Positions 1-11,829 of a stretch of 64,000 bases of DNA are shown one piece after another. Position numbers and translations under genes: made by a program. This DNA comes from Octopus sinensis (taxonomy: Eukaryota): the NCBI RefSeq assembly GCF_006345805.1, contig NC_042999.1:74648001-74712000 (forward strand), written 5' to 3'. Each line of letters starts with the position of its first letter. The stretch's first letter is position 1. A model generated the notes under the pieces. The model saw only the letters and a list, made by a program, of their open reading frames with translations, was not told the DNA's origin and made no database searches.

Positions 1-880
1 TTCGTACCTGACATACCGGAGAAAGTAGTGTCGATTGATGGTATGGGAAACGAATAGGTGTCAACATGTGCATTTAAATGAGCCTTGTAATCGACACACA
101 TGCAAAGAGATCCATCTTTTTTTCGCAGCCATACCACCTGTAAGGCTCATCTGACTCCAGAGTAATCCGACGGTGTGATGATACCCATCATTTCGAACCT
201 CTTTAACTCATCTTTCACTTCTTTCTTTCTTTCTTTCTTTCTTTCTTCAAACGTACTGGAACGTGTCTCGCTACATCTCGCATCAGAGAAATTAACTCGG
301 GCCACAAAACCTTTAACCACTGGAACACATCCGTGTTTAAATTGAAACAAAACGATCTGTCTTTAATAATATCTTTTCCAATCAGCCCAAAAGAGTACTC
401 GTCAGTGTTGTTGAGTTTAAATGTCACTCAGATTGATTCAACAACTATCAGATCTGAAGTGGTTAATCTATTGTGGCATGATTCGATTGGGATATCTCAC
501 TCTGAAGCAAATTATAACGGGATTATCGAACAAGTTGCACCAGCATCCACTTTCAGATCTATGCTTCTGTTATTTATAATACGCTTCCAAAAACCCATGT
601 TATCTGCACCCTCATTGTTGTTCACATTTAGTTACAAACTGCCGACAGATCCAGTCTCGCTTGGAGATACATTTATGTTGTCCACACGGTGATTCTTTTT
701 AGTTCGGCAAAATCAACTCGGCCGAACCCGAGATCGGTCTGGCGAGCAAGCATATTTTGCGAGATATCAACAACACCATAAGAAGGGTTACTAACCTCAC
801 TTTGTGGCGCAGCGCCAGCTAAGTGACTGCATGGTTTAACACTAACAAGGGTAGAGACAGAACAAGGTTCACCCAATTTC
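1..880 (-). mobile_element. Degenerate Ty3/Gypsy gag-pol fragment (aspartic protease and start of RT), runs off the left edge
   Basis: Minus-strand translation gives IDLKVDAGATCSIIP (protease D[T/A]GA motif), EVKDELKRFEMMGIITPSDYS and WLRKKDGSLCMCVDYKAHLN..FPIP (Gypsy RT N-terminus). It has several stops and frameshifts. Confidence 0.8.
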
Positions 881-982
881 ATATAATCGATTTTTACCCG
901 TCTATATCAAAAGGGTTACTGACCAAAACACTCTCTTTCACTAGGGACCTCACTGACGTTAGCGACGGACATAGAAATCATT

Positions 983-1140
983 ATGCCTAACAAGAAGACA
1001 GTACTGTTCAACAAAGGTTCGGTGTGGGTCAAACAATCCGACCCCACGGGTTCCTTTGATGTAGCGATGGGAACCTACGACAGTGCTGACGTGTGCGACC
1101 TTATAGGATTGTACATCCTGGAACCCTTAGGAAAAAGTTA
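983..1140 (+). mobile_element. Penelope-like element RT fragment
   Basis: ORF reads FDVAMGTYDSADVCDLIGLYIL, matching the PLE RT motif FDVxMGSxDGAExCxLVGLxxL from memory. It is short and isolated. Confidence 0.6.
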
Positions 1141-1199
1141 CCCTCTGTTTTCTTTCGCCGCTACAGGGATGATGCCCTGGCCATCTCTAGTGGGGCAAG

Positions 1200-1440
1200 C
1201 GGCCACACACTTGATATGGCTATACTGATATGAAAGTCTAACTGTCTTAGAAAACAATAATGTGAAAATGATTTGGAACTTCAGCACACATACATGCCAC
1301 AAAATAACACACAAGACAGTGTGACAATTTTTCATCAACAAAAACGACCATAGAGTATTAATAACTGGCATAGTAATTTCTAAATGACTTAGCATTGGGA
1401 CAAAAATGATTACGAAATAAAATGTTAAGATAAAACACAT
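1200..1440 (+). mobile_element. R4/Dong-type restriction-like endonuclease fragment, highly decayed
   Basis: Translation VLENNNVKMIWNFSTHTCHKITH resembles VLENDHISLLWNFTIQTDRKID in the R4/Dong copy at 40983-41411. Confidence 0.5.
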
Positions 1441-2287
1441 ATATCACACTGATTAAGTTTTATTAAAGATTTTGAATCATTACAAATGTTTACTTTTAAG
1501 ATTTTGAATAATTCATCATTGAAAATAATTCGCAAAATTTTTCTTGAATATAAGTGTTAGGAATTATGTAAAGTGTCATATAACAAGTGAATTGATTAAT
1601 TCTAAAAAAATTTTTGCAAAGTAAAAGTTAAAACTGAAGTTGACAAGAAAAACAAAAAACCCTAGAAAAAGCTAAAAGCAAAAAACAAAAACGCATGGCT
1701 GATAACAAATAATTACAGTGTCAAATATTTAACTGGTTTTGTTTATAGCTAAAATTACATACTTTCATAAATTACAGATGATTGTAGTTTCTAGAAAGGT
1801 GTATGTGTATGTATGCGTGCGCACGCATGTGTGCATATGATCATCTGTGTGTGTGCATGTGTGTAGGTGCGTGCGCGCGCGCGCGCGTGTGTATGTGTGT
1901 GTGTGTGTGTGTGCATATCTGTTCTCATGTCAGCATGATTCCTAAATTTAAAATTGCAGTAATTTATTTTGAAGTTAATGTTCATTATAATTCTTTCAAT
2001 TCTTTCAGTTTGAAGGTATTTCTGTGAAAATCAATCTTTCAATTTAAAACGTAATAAATTTATGATTAAAATAACGATATTACAAGAATACATTTGTATA
2101 TTTAAACTTTGAATAGATATGTATAAACAAAACTCATAGAATTAAAGGAAGCAAGCATTGAATACGATTCAAATTTAAGTCATCGGGTGAGATTTAAGAA
2201 TTATTGTAGGATTAAGCAGTTAATGAAATCAGTTTAGTTTAAGTACAAAATAATTTTGAACATCGCAAGAGATATTTTGAATGGAAT

Positions 2288-2455
2288 TTAGACATGTACA
2301 TATTTCTTAATCCATTCTATTCCGGAATAAACAGCAGAAAATCCTGCTGGATATGACACAGTATATCTGCAGTCTTTCGCAACAAAGCTGGAAACACCTT
2401 GCACCTCCCATTGACCATGGTCATTTTGTGTTTGGAATGGGCCTCCACTGTCACC
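2288..2455 (-). CDS. Last coding exon of LDLa-SRCR serine protease (catalytic Ser)
   Basis: Acceptor ttttttattctttcctag|GGT GAC AGT GGA GGC CCA. Reads GDSGGPFQTQNDHGQWEVQGVSSFVAKDCRYTVSYPAGFSAVYSGIEWIKKYVHV* with stop at 2290-2288. Phase 0 matches the exon at 31567. Confidence 0.95.
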   Translation of the reverse strand, partial: GDSGGPFQTQNDHGQWEVQGVSSFVAKDCRYTVSYPAGFSAVYSGIEWIKKYVHV

Positions 2456-3015
2456 CTAGGAAAGAATAAAAAATATCATTACAAAACTGAAAAATTATTA
2501 GATAACACAGTGTAACACAATCTTTTTTTCCTTGCATAGTAACTGTTATTTCCTATTTGCTTACCCCTAGAAAGTATGAAAAATGGTTAATGTTCCCTTT
2601 AAACTTTGTTTTTGCTACATTTATTCAAGTCCCAAAGAATCCTGCTCAACACATGGTTATGATTCTCCCCTACTACTCCCACTTATGATCAGAGATGCAC
2701 GTATTGTCAGACACTTGAGTTCAAGTGGCTAAGATCAAGCAACTGAAAAGAAAATCTGTAGTATTGAACAGAATGTTTGCTATAACGATATTTCTGCTTC
2801 AGCAACTCAGCATTGAATCTGTCTGAAATGTAATGGAAAATATGTCAGTTTCAGAACATTGATGTCTAGGCCAAAAAAGCGAAGTGTCAAGGGAATAATA
2901 GTCATTTATTTTGATTTCTAGATAGAAGGAAATTGGAAATAACTCTTACTGAACAAAGATACAAAAAAAAAAAAAATTGTTAAACAGTGTAATGGATATA
3001 AACCATTAATGCATT

Positions 3016-3170
3016 CATCATCATCATCATCATCATCATCGTCATCGTCATCATCGTCATCATCGTCATCATCGTCATCGTCGTCATCATCGTCATCGTT
3101 GGCGTCGTCGTCGTCGTCATCATCGCCGTCATTTTAACATCCATTTTTCCATGCATGCATGGGTCTGATA
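3016..3170 (-). repeat. (CAT)n/(CGT)n tract, the tail of an RTE-family 3' end
   Basis: On the minus strand, cccatgcatgcatggaaaaatggatgttaaaatgacggcgatgatg resembles the RTE tail at 54550-54595. Confidence 0.6.
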
Positions 3171-3396
3171 TTGAATGATTTTTAAAATCATATGCCTTTT
3201 CTATTGCCAAATCTAACCTGTCTCCTAGCAACATATTTTCCCACGATCATACATTGATTTTGCAGAATATTGTAAATAAATGACATTCATTAAGAACATT
3301 CATGTGATATCAAGACAAGGAGATACATATATACACTGACATATATATATGTTTGCGTCCATCTACAATGTATGTATATTATGATGTGTATGTATG

Positions 3397-3487
<91 letters not shown>

Positions 3488-3829
3488 CAAAGTAAAGTTG
3501 TAAGATACCTCACGAGTGGAAATATATATGAAAGAAGGTTTGAAAATGCAATTTTAAAGATGTTTATTCACTTGACCGGTTTCACTTTTTTTTAGAAAAA
3601 GATTGTCAAAAGTAAAATGTAAAGCTTTGTTGTGTTAAGTATTGGTTATCACAAAAGTATTAAAATACATATATACATTCTTTGATAATAATAAGAAAAT
3701 ATTAAAATCATTTTACAAGAAAGTATTTAAGAAAGTAATAAGAACGGGACTCCAAAAAGCATTTTGAGCTCAATAACAATATGTTTGTTTGGTAGTATAC
3801 ACACACACACACACACATACACACATACA

Positions 3830-3878
<49 letters not shown>

Positions 3879-4047
3879 GAGAAGGAGATATATTTAAGAA
3901 TTTACAAAAAATTGTAGAGGAATAACTGGCGTGTCTTTCTGACATTTTTTTCTCGTGTGTAGCTAAGGAATGTTTGCTATTTTAAGGGACAGTGTGGGAG
4001 GCTGGTTGGGGGAGGAAGAGCAATCTGGAATACATACACACATACAT

Positions 4048-4125
<78 letters not shown>

Positions 4126-4541
4126 ATATTATGATATATAATTATACCGTATGTTACATATATCATAACTTGATACTGTGTGGACTAAGATCCCCGTTGA
4201 CAGGCCGCTGGTATTTATAGTGTTAAACACTTTCAGTATGCAAATTAGGGACTCCTTCATAGAGTAACTGCTGCATTTGTTGAGTATATAAACAGTTTGG
4301 CAGCTTTGTTTCACTGGACATTGTCAGAATGATATAGACGCCTCTGATGAGAACTGAATAATGTTCAAAAATCGATTAAGGTTGTTCTTCACCTTCTTCA
4401 CTCTCCGGAGAAATGGCCAAAATTTTCCCTGTTTATAATTATACCATATGTTATTTATATATATTTCTCTACCAGTGTAAGCACATAAATGCGAAACAAG
4501 GTGGAAAAAATAGTACTCGAATACCGGAGGTAGAGTATGCA

Positions 4542-6111
4542 TCTCTCTATATATAAAATTGAGAATGTGTGTCTGTCTGTGTGTTTCCCTAAAACTTGAG
4601 AACTACACAACCAATTTCATTCAAATTTTACACATGCCTTACTTAGGGTCCATGTAGTTTCATGGGCAAAAAAAGTGTTCAACTTCTTGCCTAGGGCGAG
4701 CCCATAGCAATATCATATCTTCTTCACTATTTCAGTATTATGTGTTAAAAGTGAAACAAAAACATTTCTCTATTTTATGTCAGATACTTTCACTTTAACA
4801 ATAAAAATAATAATAACAATTGAATTATATGTAGTAAGTAATAATTAAAATCAAACTAAAGTATAATATAATCGTAACATAACAAAAGTAAATATAGCAA
4901 TTGGTATAAAATTGCATCAATGACTTGAACTTGAATAAGTGGTTTCACATGAATGGGAATAAATTAAAAATAAAAATAGCGTGCAGAAATGGAATAGTCC
5001 AGATGGAGCTGTGCACATACCGTTTACCACGGCTTTTATATTAGATTATCTGCTAATTAACTAGCATTAAGTATCTATATGAAGTTTGGCTGTATGTAAT
5101 GTCTGTTTTCTAGAACAGCCGCTTCTACTGAGTACTGCTGTTGGTTTATTTCTAATACATAAAGGACTATAGCTTCAACTGCGTACTGCTTTTTGATTCA
5201 CCGTAAGGTTTGTTGTTATTATTATTACTGTTTAACTATTGTTATCACGTTTGTTGGTTCCTCGTAAGGGAAACGTTGTTGTGTTGCATTTGTTAAATAA
5301 TTGTAAACTGCAACCCCCCCCCCCCTGGTTATTGTTTAAAAATTGAATTGTGTCCCTGTTTGGGGAAATTGACAATATTTTCACTGTTTACACGGAAGCA
5401 TTTTTGTTAGAATGCCTTCGATAGAAGAAAGTCCAAAAATGAATTTCGCTGCAGCCGTCGGCGGGCGCGAACTCATTAAAATTAAAATGGAAGAAATACA
5501 AACCTATTTCGGATTGATCACCGACAAAGACGGTGAATCTAGGATAACACCACCAAACGAAATAAAAAAAAAATTAAAGAAAAGACTATTGTCTATAAAG
5601 TATACAATGTAGAGAAAAAAAAAAGGTTTGAACACCTGGAGGAAAGCACCATCGAAAAGTGTCTTGGTGCGACTATGAAAGATATCTAACCAGAGGCGGT
5701 AAATTCGCCACAATAGAAGCAAGGTTCGAGTCAACGGAGCGTGCAAGGGAGTACTCAACTCGAACCTTGCAAAGTGGGAATATTTTATTTTTACCTTTAT
5801 ATCTGGGACATCCCGGATAAAAATTTTAAATGTCCCCCCAGAAGTAGAGGTAGGCTGGATTGTAGCCACACTTCTATACAAGAGGGAGGACAAGATACAA
5901 TTGATCGAAATTGCAAGAGACGGGTCTACAATTACAGTCTGTTATATATTTTGAGCATTGTTATCACTAGCGATATCAAGATATAACTTTGTATTTTGTA
6001 TTTTATGTGTAGATGTATATATATAGATGTACATGTAATATGTACACATATATATGCACATATATACATGCACTAGCACTATGACCCGGCAACGACGGGT
6101 CATAATGCTAG
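4542..6111 (+). mobile_element. Non-autonomous Helitron/HINE-type element with internal captured or inserted DNA
   Basis: The 5' end is A|TCTCTCTATATATAAAA at 4542. The 3' end has hairpin tatgacccg-gcaacga-cgggtcata (6080-6104) followed by CTAG|T (6108-6111). Insertion between A and T fits Helitron rules. Confidence 0.6.
5412..5945 (+). pseudogene. Frameshifted N-terminal ORF1 fragment of a Tx1/L1 LINE
   Basis: Across about 3 frameshifts it reads NFAAAVG..LITDKDG..KTIVYKVYN..IEKCL..GKFATIEARFESTERAREYSTRTLQSG..LYLG..RIKILNVPP..GWIVATL. This aligns by eye with ORF1 at 10250-10700 (NFAEAIK..LITNQNG..KTIVYKITN..VEKCL..NKFAHVQVVFQNEELAKKFSTITLHSD..SYLG..KVIISGVP..LWITSAL). Confidence 0.8.
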
Positions 6112-6115
6112 TTAC

Positions 6116-6276
6116 TAATAAAGCTGCAAAGACATCACAGAAGCTGTTACTCAAAGTTTCCCGTTCATCGGACAGTTTTGGTTTAGAATGGAACAAAACC
6201 AAAACTGTCCGACGAACGGGAAACTTTGAGTAAAACTCCGAGTAACAGTTTTTGTGATGTCTTTGCAGCTTTATTA
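6116..6276. repeat. Near-perfect palindrome (fold-back, MITE-like)
   Basis: Left arm 6116-6184 is the reverse complement of 6196-6276, with 3 mismatches and a 12-nt insertion in the right arm. The loop is about 10 nt and both ends are TA. Confidence 0.85.
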
Positions 6277-6289
6277 ATAAAATTTCATT

Positions 6290-9140
6290 TAAAAAATTTT
6301 TTATCTAGTTTCAGCTCACAAGCTGTGGCCATGCTGGGGAACCGCCATTCGGTGTTGCTACATGATTTTAATTCACGAATGCTTTTTAGCAATTGACATT
6401 TGATGCATGAGAGAGTTTGATGCAGCTGCCCTCATCTGTACCTCCTGCGGTGAAGTTGGTTCATCTGGGACACCTGACAGGAAGAGGTTCAGCTTTATTT
6501 TAAACACATCTGCATCCACCCCATGCAGGTCTCTCAGGTCCTTCGGGCGGATATTGAAGAGCTGTGGACCTCTGAAGCCCAGACTATCACAGTATCTTGT
6601 CCTACATCTTGATGGCAAATTTGGAGTCCTTGGCACTATGCAGTGGCGCCCAGTTCAAGTATTTGTGTAACTCTTGATGCCAAAGTTTGGGACAAGTCCT
6701 TCCAGGTGTATATTATTGCATATCTTTCTCGCCTACGCTCTAAGGAATAGAGTCTTAATCTCTTGAGTCTTTCCCAATAGCTTATATGCTACACAGAGGC
6801 TACCTTCTTCGTGTAGCTTCGTTGGATTGCCTCAAGTTCTGTGATTAATTTGACACTGGTTGGTGACCATAGCTGAGAGCAATAGTCAAAGTGGCTTAGG
6901 ACAAGTGTCCTCCAGATGACCATCATGGTTTCCTGGTCTCTTGTTCTAAAAGATCTAAGAATCCATCCGGTCAGCCGCCTACATTTCATTGCCAATTTAG
7001 CAACATGCACATGAAAGGTTGCATCATTACTCATGTAAATACCCAGGTCTCGCACTGATTGTGCCTCTGGGATTGCAATCCCTCCAGGTCCAGGGTATTT
7101 ATTGGGTATTGCATGCTGATAGCATAAAGCTTGAAACTTTTCAGCATTGAACTGCATGCTATTCTTTTCAGCCCACTTGTATATTTTGTCCAGCTCATGT
7201 TGCAGGTACATAGTGTCTTCAGGGTTCTGTATTACTTGTGAAACTTTTGTATCATCTGCATAACTTGTGATCGTGGCTCTCTGCGTGGCTGAGGGCATGT
7301 CTGAGAGGGCCAGTGGTCCCAAAACAGTGCCTTTCGGAACACCGCTCATTATTTGCGTATTATTGGAGGTAATTGGCTACTACCACCTGACTTCTATCCT
7401 TCAGAAAGTCATGAAGCCATTCTCCCAATTTTCCAACTATGCCAAGATCACGCAGTTTGTGACATCATTTCATGATCGACTTATCAAAAGCCTTTTTAAA
7501 GTCGAGATATATCACTTCCACATTTGAGTGGTTGAGCAGTTGTTTCAGCACCCAGTCATAGTGTTGTAGGAGCTGAGTTAGGCAGCTTCTTCCTGGTCAG
7601 AAACCATGTTGGGTGTTAGGCAGTAAGTTATTTTCTTCAAGGAAGGCGATTAGTTTCCTTCTGACTATTCTTTCCATGACCTTGCTGATGTGTGAGGTCA
7701 GAGAGATAGGTCTGTAGTTCTTGGCCTCCGCTCTGCTACCTCCTTTATGAATAGGGCATATTTTACCCTCCTTCAGTTTTCTTAGAAGTTTGCCAGTTGC
7801 AAGGAAGCTCTGAAAGAGGAACTGCAGTAGTCTTGCTGGGACTCGCTTACATACTTTTAGAAGGATTGCTGGGAATCCATCGGGGCAAGTAGCTGAATTT
7901 GGGTTCATTTCATCTATAGCCAGTATTACATCGTCTTCCTTTATATTGATGTAATCAATCATCGTTGCCTCTGATATTATATCTACAGTGGTAAAGAAGT
8001 CAGTTGGATTGCTGACTTGAAAATGCCCTAGGGGTGGAGTGAAAATACTTATGTATTGCTCATTTAGTATTTCACTTATCCTCATTGGATTTCCTGTGAG
8101 TGTACCATCTTTTTCAAGGAGTGGCCCTGTCCTGCATTGCACCGTAGCTGTTTCTTTGGCAAACTTGTAGCAAGCTCTGGGGTTAGATTTTATGTTGTCT
8201 ATAGCCCAGGCTTCTTTGTCTGCTCTTCTTTGTCTGGGAGAGTTGCATACATTTTTCAATTTCTAGCAGTTTTATTTTCAGGCGGGACTTTTCACTGCTT
8301 TCAATTTGTTTGTTTAGGCGATTTGAAACTTTTGTATGCCGTCTCATAAGAATTTTCCTCTCTCTGGGGATTTTGTTCTTGTGTACAGTGGCCTTTCTCT
8401 CTCGGACACATTTGTAGAATATGACTTGCATTACAGACATGAATTGTTGAAGTTTCATGTCGATGTCTGGTGAGGAGAGACATTTAGGCCAGTTTTGTTT
8501 GAGGATCTCTTTCTCAATTTGTTTCCAGTTTGCCTTATGGATGTTCAAGCTGGAAAGATTCTGAGAGTTTCTTGTAGGCTGCATGTCCATGCTTTCCTTT
8601 GGCCCGTACATGGTCAGCTCTACCATGTTGTGATCCGAGAGTAGTGTCGGTGTCACTTTCACATTATGGATGAGATCCATATTATTTGTGAAGCAGAGAT
8701 CCAGTATGTTACCTGCTCTGGTTGGTTGGAGTATTATTTGCTCCATGTACAGAGTGTTGATGAGGTTCAAGAGGGACCTCGCCTGTCCTCGTTCGCATCG
8801 TGTCATTCCTGAGAGAGAAAGGCATTCGGGCCATCTGACATTGGGCAGATTTAAGCTCCCATAAGAAGTACACTTATGTGTTGTTCTAATATGACTAGAA
8901 CTTCTATTTTTGTAAGGCCGTCTTGCTACATAACTTGGAGCATCTGGAGGGCGATATGTAGCACATATAATTACACCGAGTTGCCTTATATGTACAATTA
9001 GTGTGTCACACACCGAATTTGAGTATGACAAAAGGACCTGGGGTGTGAGGTCCTCACAGATGTACATAGCAACTCCTCCATGACTCCTTTTTTCTGTCGG
9101 TCCGTAATACAATATAGTGCGGTATGTGTATTTCCGCATC
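6290..9140 (-). mobile_element. CR1/L2-group LINE ORF2 (APE-RT), 5'-truncated and decayed
   Basis: ORF pieces 9139-8183 (APE: GGVAMY, YRPP, GNILDLCF, SDH), 8259-7597 (NYRPISLTSHISKVMERI, QHGF), 7349-6789 (GVPKGTVLGP, YADDT) and 6636-6373. Multiple stops and frameshifts. Confidence 0.9.
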
Positions 9141-9145
9141 TGCTA

Positions 9146-9290
<145 letters not shown>

Positions 9291-9501
9291 CAATGGACGG
9301 ACGATAGTCATATCGGCTCCACGTAAGTTGGCCACTTTTACATGTTTAAAACTCCTTTTTGTCAAATATTTTGTTTTAATCGTTGTGCAAGTTCATTCAC
9401 TAAAAAACCTGAGAATTATTCACGTAGAATTCCGCCCCTGTATGGGCGAAATTACAAAAAAACTTTCAAAACTTTCGTGGGTTTTTTAGCCATTTTTCAT
9501 T

Positions 9502-11798
9502 TTGAAAATGGCAACTAGAAACCACGTGGCTAGCCCGCCAGTCATGCAGAACGGTAGCAAAACACTATTGCTACCACTGGCTACTAAACATCGCAGCGTG
9601 AACACCGCTGCCACCACCATCACCACCACCACCAACAACAACAACAAATCTAACGCCGCACTCACCATCGCCACTGGCCACCACGAGGCTGAGTTGCAAG
9701 TGAAGCGTGACGCAGAAACAGAAAAACAGGATGCTCTGTTAGCATACGCCGAACCTGACAACTCCACCACCATCAACAGCAACAAATACAAAACAAAGGT
9801 CGCAAGGCCAAGCACCGTCAACACCATCAGTGAGTCAACCACCACCACCAACACCATGGCAGAATCTGCTACTAAAACTGCTATCCCTACTAAAGATATC
9901 GCCACCAATAACAACACCAGCATCACCATCACCGCCACCAAAGACCGTGCCGTCAATGCTACTAATACTACCAACACCACCGCCGTCACCAAGAACGACA
10001 ATAACAACAACAACAACAACGACGACAACAACAATTCCCTTCAACCACTGCTCACTCCATCACCAACAAGTGAAAAAATAACGACGACAAGCAAACGAAA
10101 CGCCGAAATTTGCGCTAATGCAGGACTAAATTACGCAAGCAATTTTCCACCCCTTGCTAGTTGCATAATCAGCAACCACAAACCTACAACCCACACCCCT
10201 GCCATCAACACCAACACCACCGGCAGTAACAACAATAACAAAACAACAACAAACTTCGCCGAGGCGATAAAAGAAAAGGTAACAAAAGTTTCGTTTACTA
10301 CACAACAGATTAAAGATTGCAGAAACCTTATTACAAATCAAAACGGAAAAATACTCTTACACATACCTCAGCACATACTGAATGAGGAGAAAAAAAGACA
10401 ATTGTATATAAAATCACAAATAAAAAAACAAAAAGTCCAGAAAAGGCAAGCACAGACAAAGTCGAAAAGTGCTTACGCCCCATCTGGGGATACAAGGATT
10501 GTGTGACTTGGGCGAACAAGTTCGCACACGTACAGGTGGTTTTTCAGAATGAAGAGTTGGCGAAGAAATTCTCAACGATAACCCTTCATTCTGATGAACT
10601 AACGTTGACACCGAGTTACCTCGGCCAGAAGGTGACGAAAGTCATTATCAGTGGTGTCCCCCAAGTGACTACAACACTGTGGATTACATCCGCATTAACA
10701 TCCGAAATGGAGGACTTAAACATCCTAGATATCGGTGTTTCGGAAAACAAGGACTGGCTGGGAAAGAGAATAGAGTTCCTCTTCCACATAAGTCAAGAGG
10801 ACATAAATAAAATCCCCACCCACGTACATCTTGAGGATGGCCGCAAGTTATACGTAGTAGTCGAGGGCAGAAGGCCACGATGCTATACATGTGGCAGTGA
10901 GGCACACCTCAAAAAGGAGTGCAAATCTGCCGCAAAATTACAACAACAACAGCCACAGGAAAAATCACAAAAGCCAGGATTATTGCCCACACCACAATAT
11001 GGACAGCTAGTCAAGAAGCTGTATGCGGAAATGCAGGAAAAACAACAAAGAACAAGCCAACCCAACCAAACAACACCAACACCAGCGCCAAGAACAGAAT
11101 CATCACCACCAACAACAAATAAACCAATTCCAACACCAAGAACGACAGCAAAACCCAAAGGAACAGAAAAACAAAGAAAACACACACAAACTGATCCCCC
11201 ATCCCTTATACCGCACTCAACACACACAAACACTCAACAACCAACAACAACGAAAACAACAACACAACCACTTACACAGACATACATAGAAGCCCACAAC
11301 ATACCCCTACCCCCTTCTGATTCCTCAGAAATTTCGTCGGAAGACGAAACCAGTGAGGAATGGCAAATAGCTACAAAAAGAAGGAAAATAAAGAGCAGAA
11401 ACACAACCAAACCAAATGCAAACACGAACAAAGCAGGGGGAAATACATCTCCCGAAGACATTTCAAAACCCAACGCAAACAACAGCCACACCAACACCAC
11501 AAAAACATATACAGCAAACATGCTCACAGCCATAGACACCAAAAACACAAATTTGATGGAATACATCCAATCAAAAACAAACATAACAGAAGAGGACATA
11601 AAAACAAACAATCACCCATACACAACACCACCAGACCACATCAAAATATTACACATCTCCAAAAGTCTGCACCACACACTCAAAGGCATTTTCCCCAGTG
11701 CGGTTGGTAAATGCCAAAAATATCTCACAAAGAAACTGTACTGGGATCTTCTCGAGGACAAACCAACGGAGGAGAAAGCAAAAACTTTCGAGCAGTAA
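9502..11798 (+). CDS. Tx1 ORF1 (T/N-rich N-terminus, RRM-like middle, CCHC knuckle), split by one -1 discontinuity
   Basis: ORFs 9502-10506 and 10503-11798 join into about 765 aa if one A is added to the A7 run at 10390-10396; the second frame is open from 10386. The knuckle is CYTCGSEAHLKKEC. Confidence 0.8.
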
Positions 11799-11829
11799 GT
11801 AACCCTCTGTATTCTAATTCATTAGAACT

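Noticed and set aside
9486-10044. Hydrophobic minus-strand ORFs resembling membrane proteins
   Set aside because: They are the antisense shadow of the A/C-rich Tx1 ORF1.
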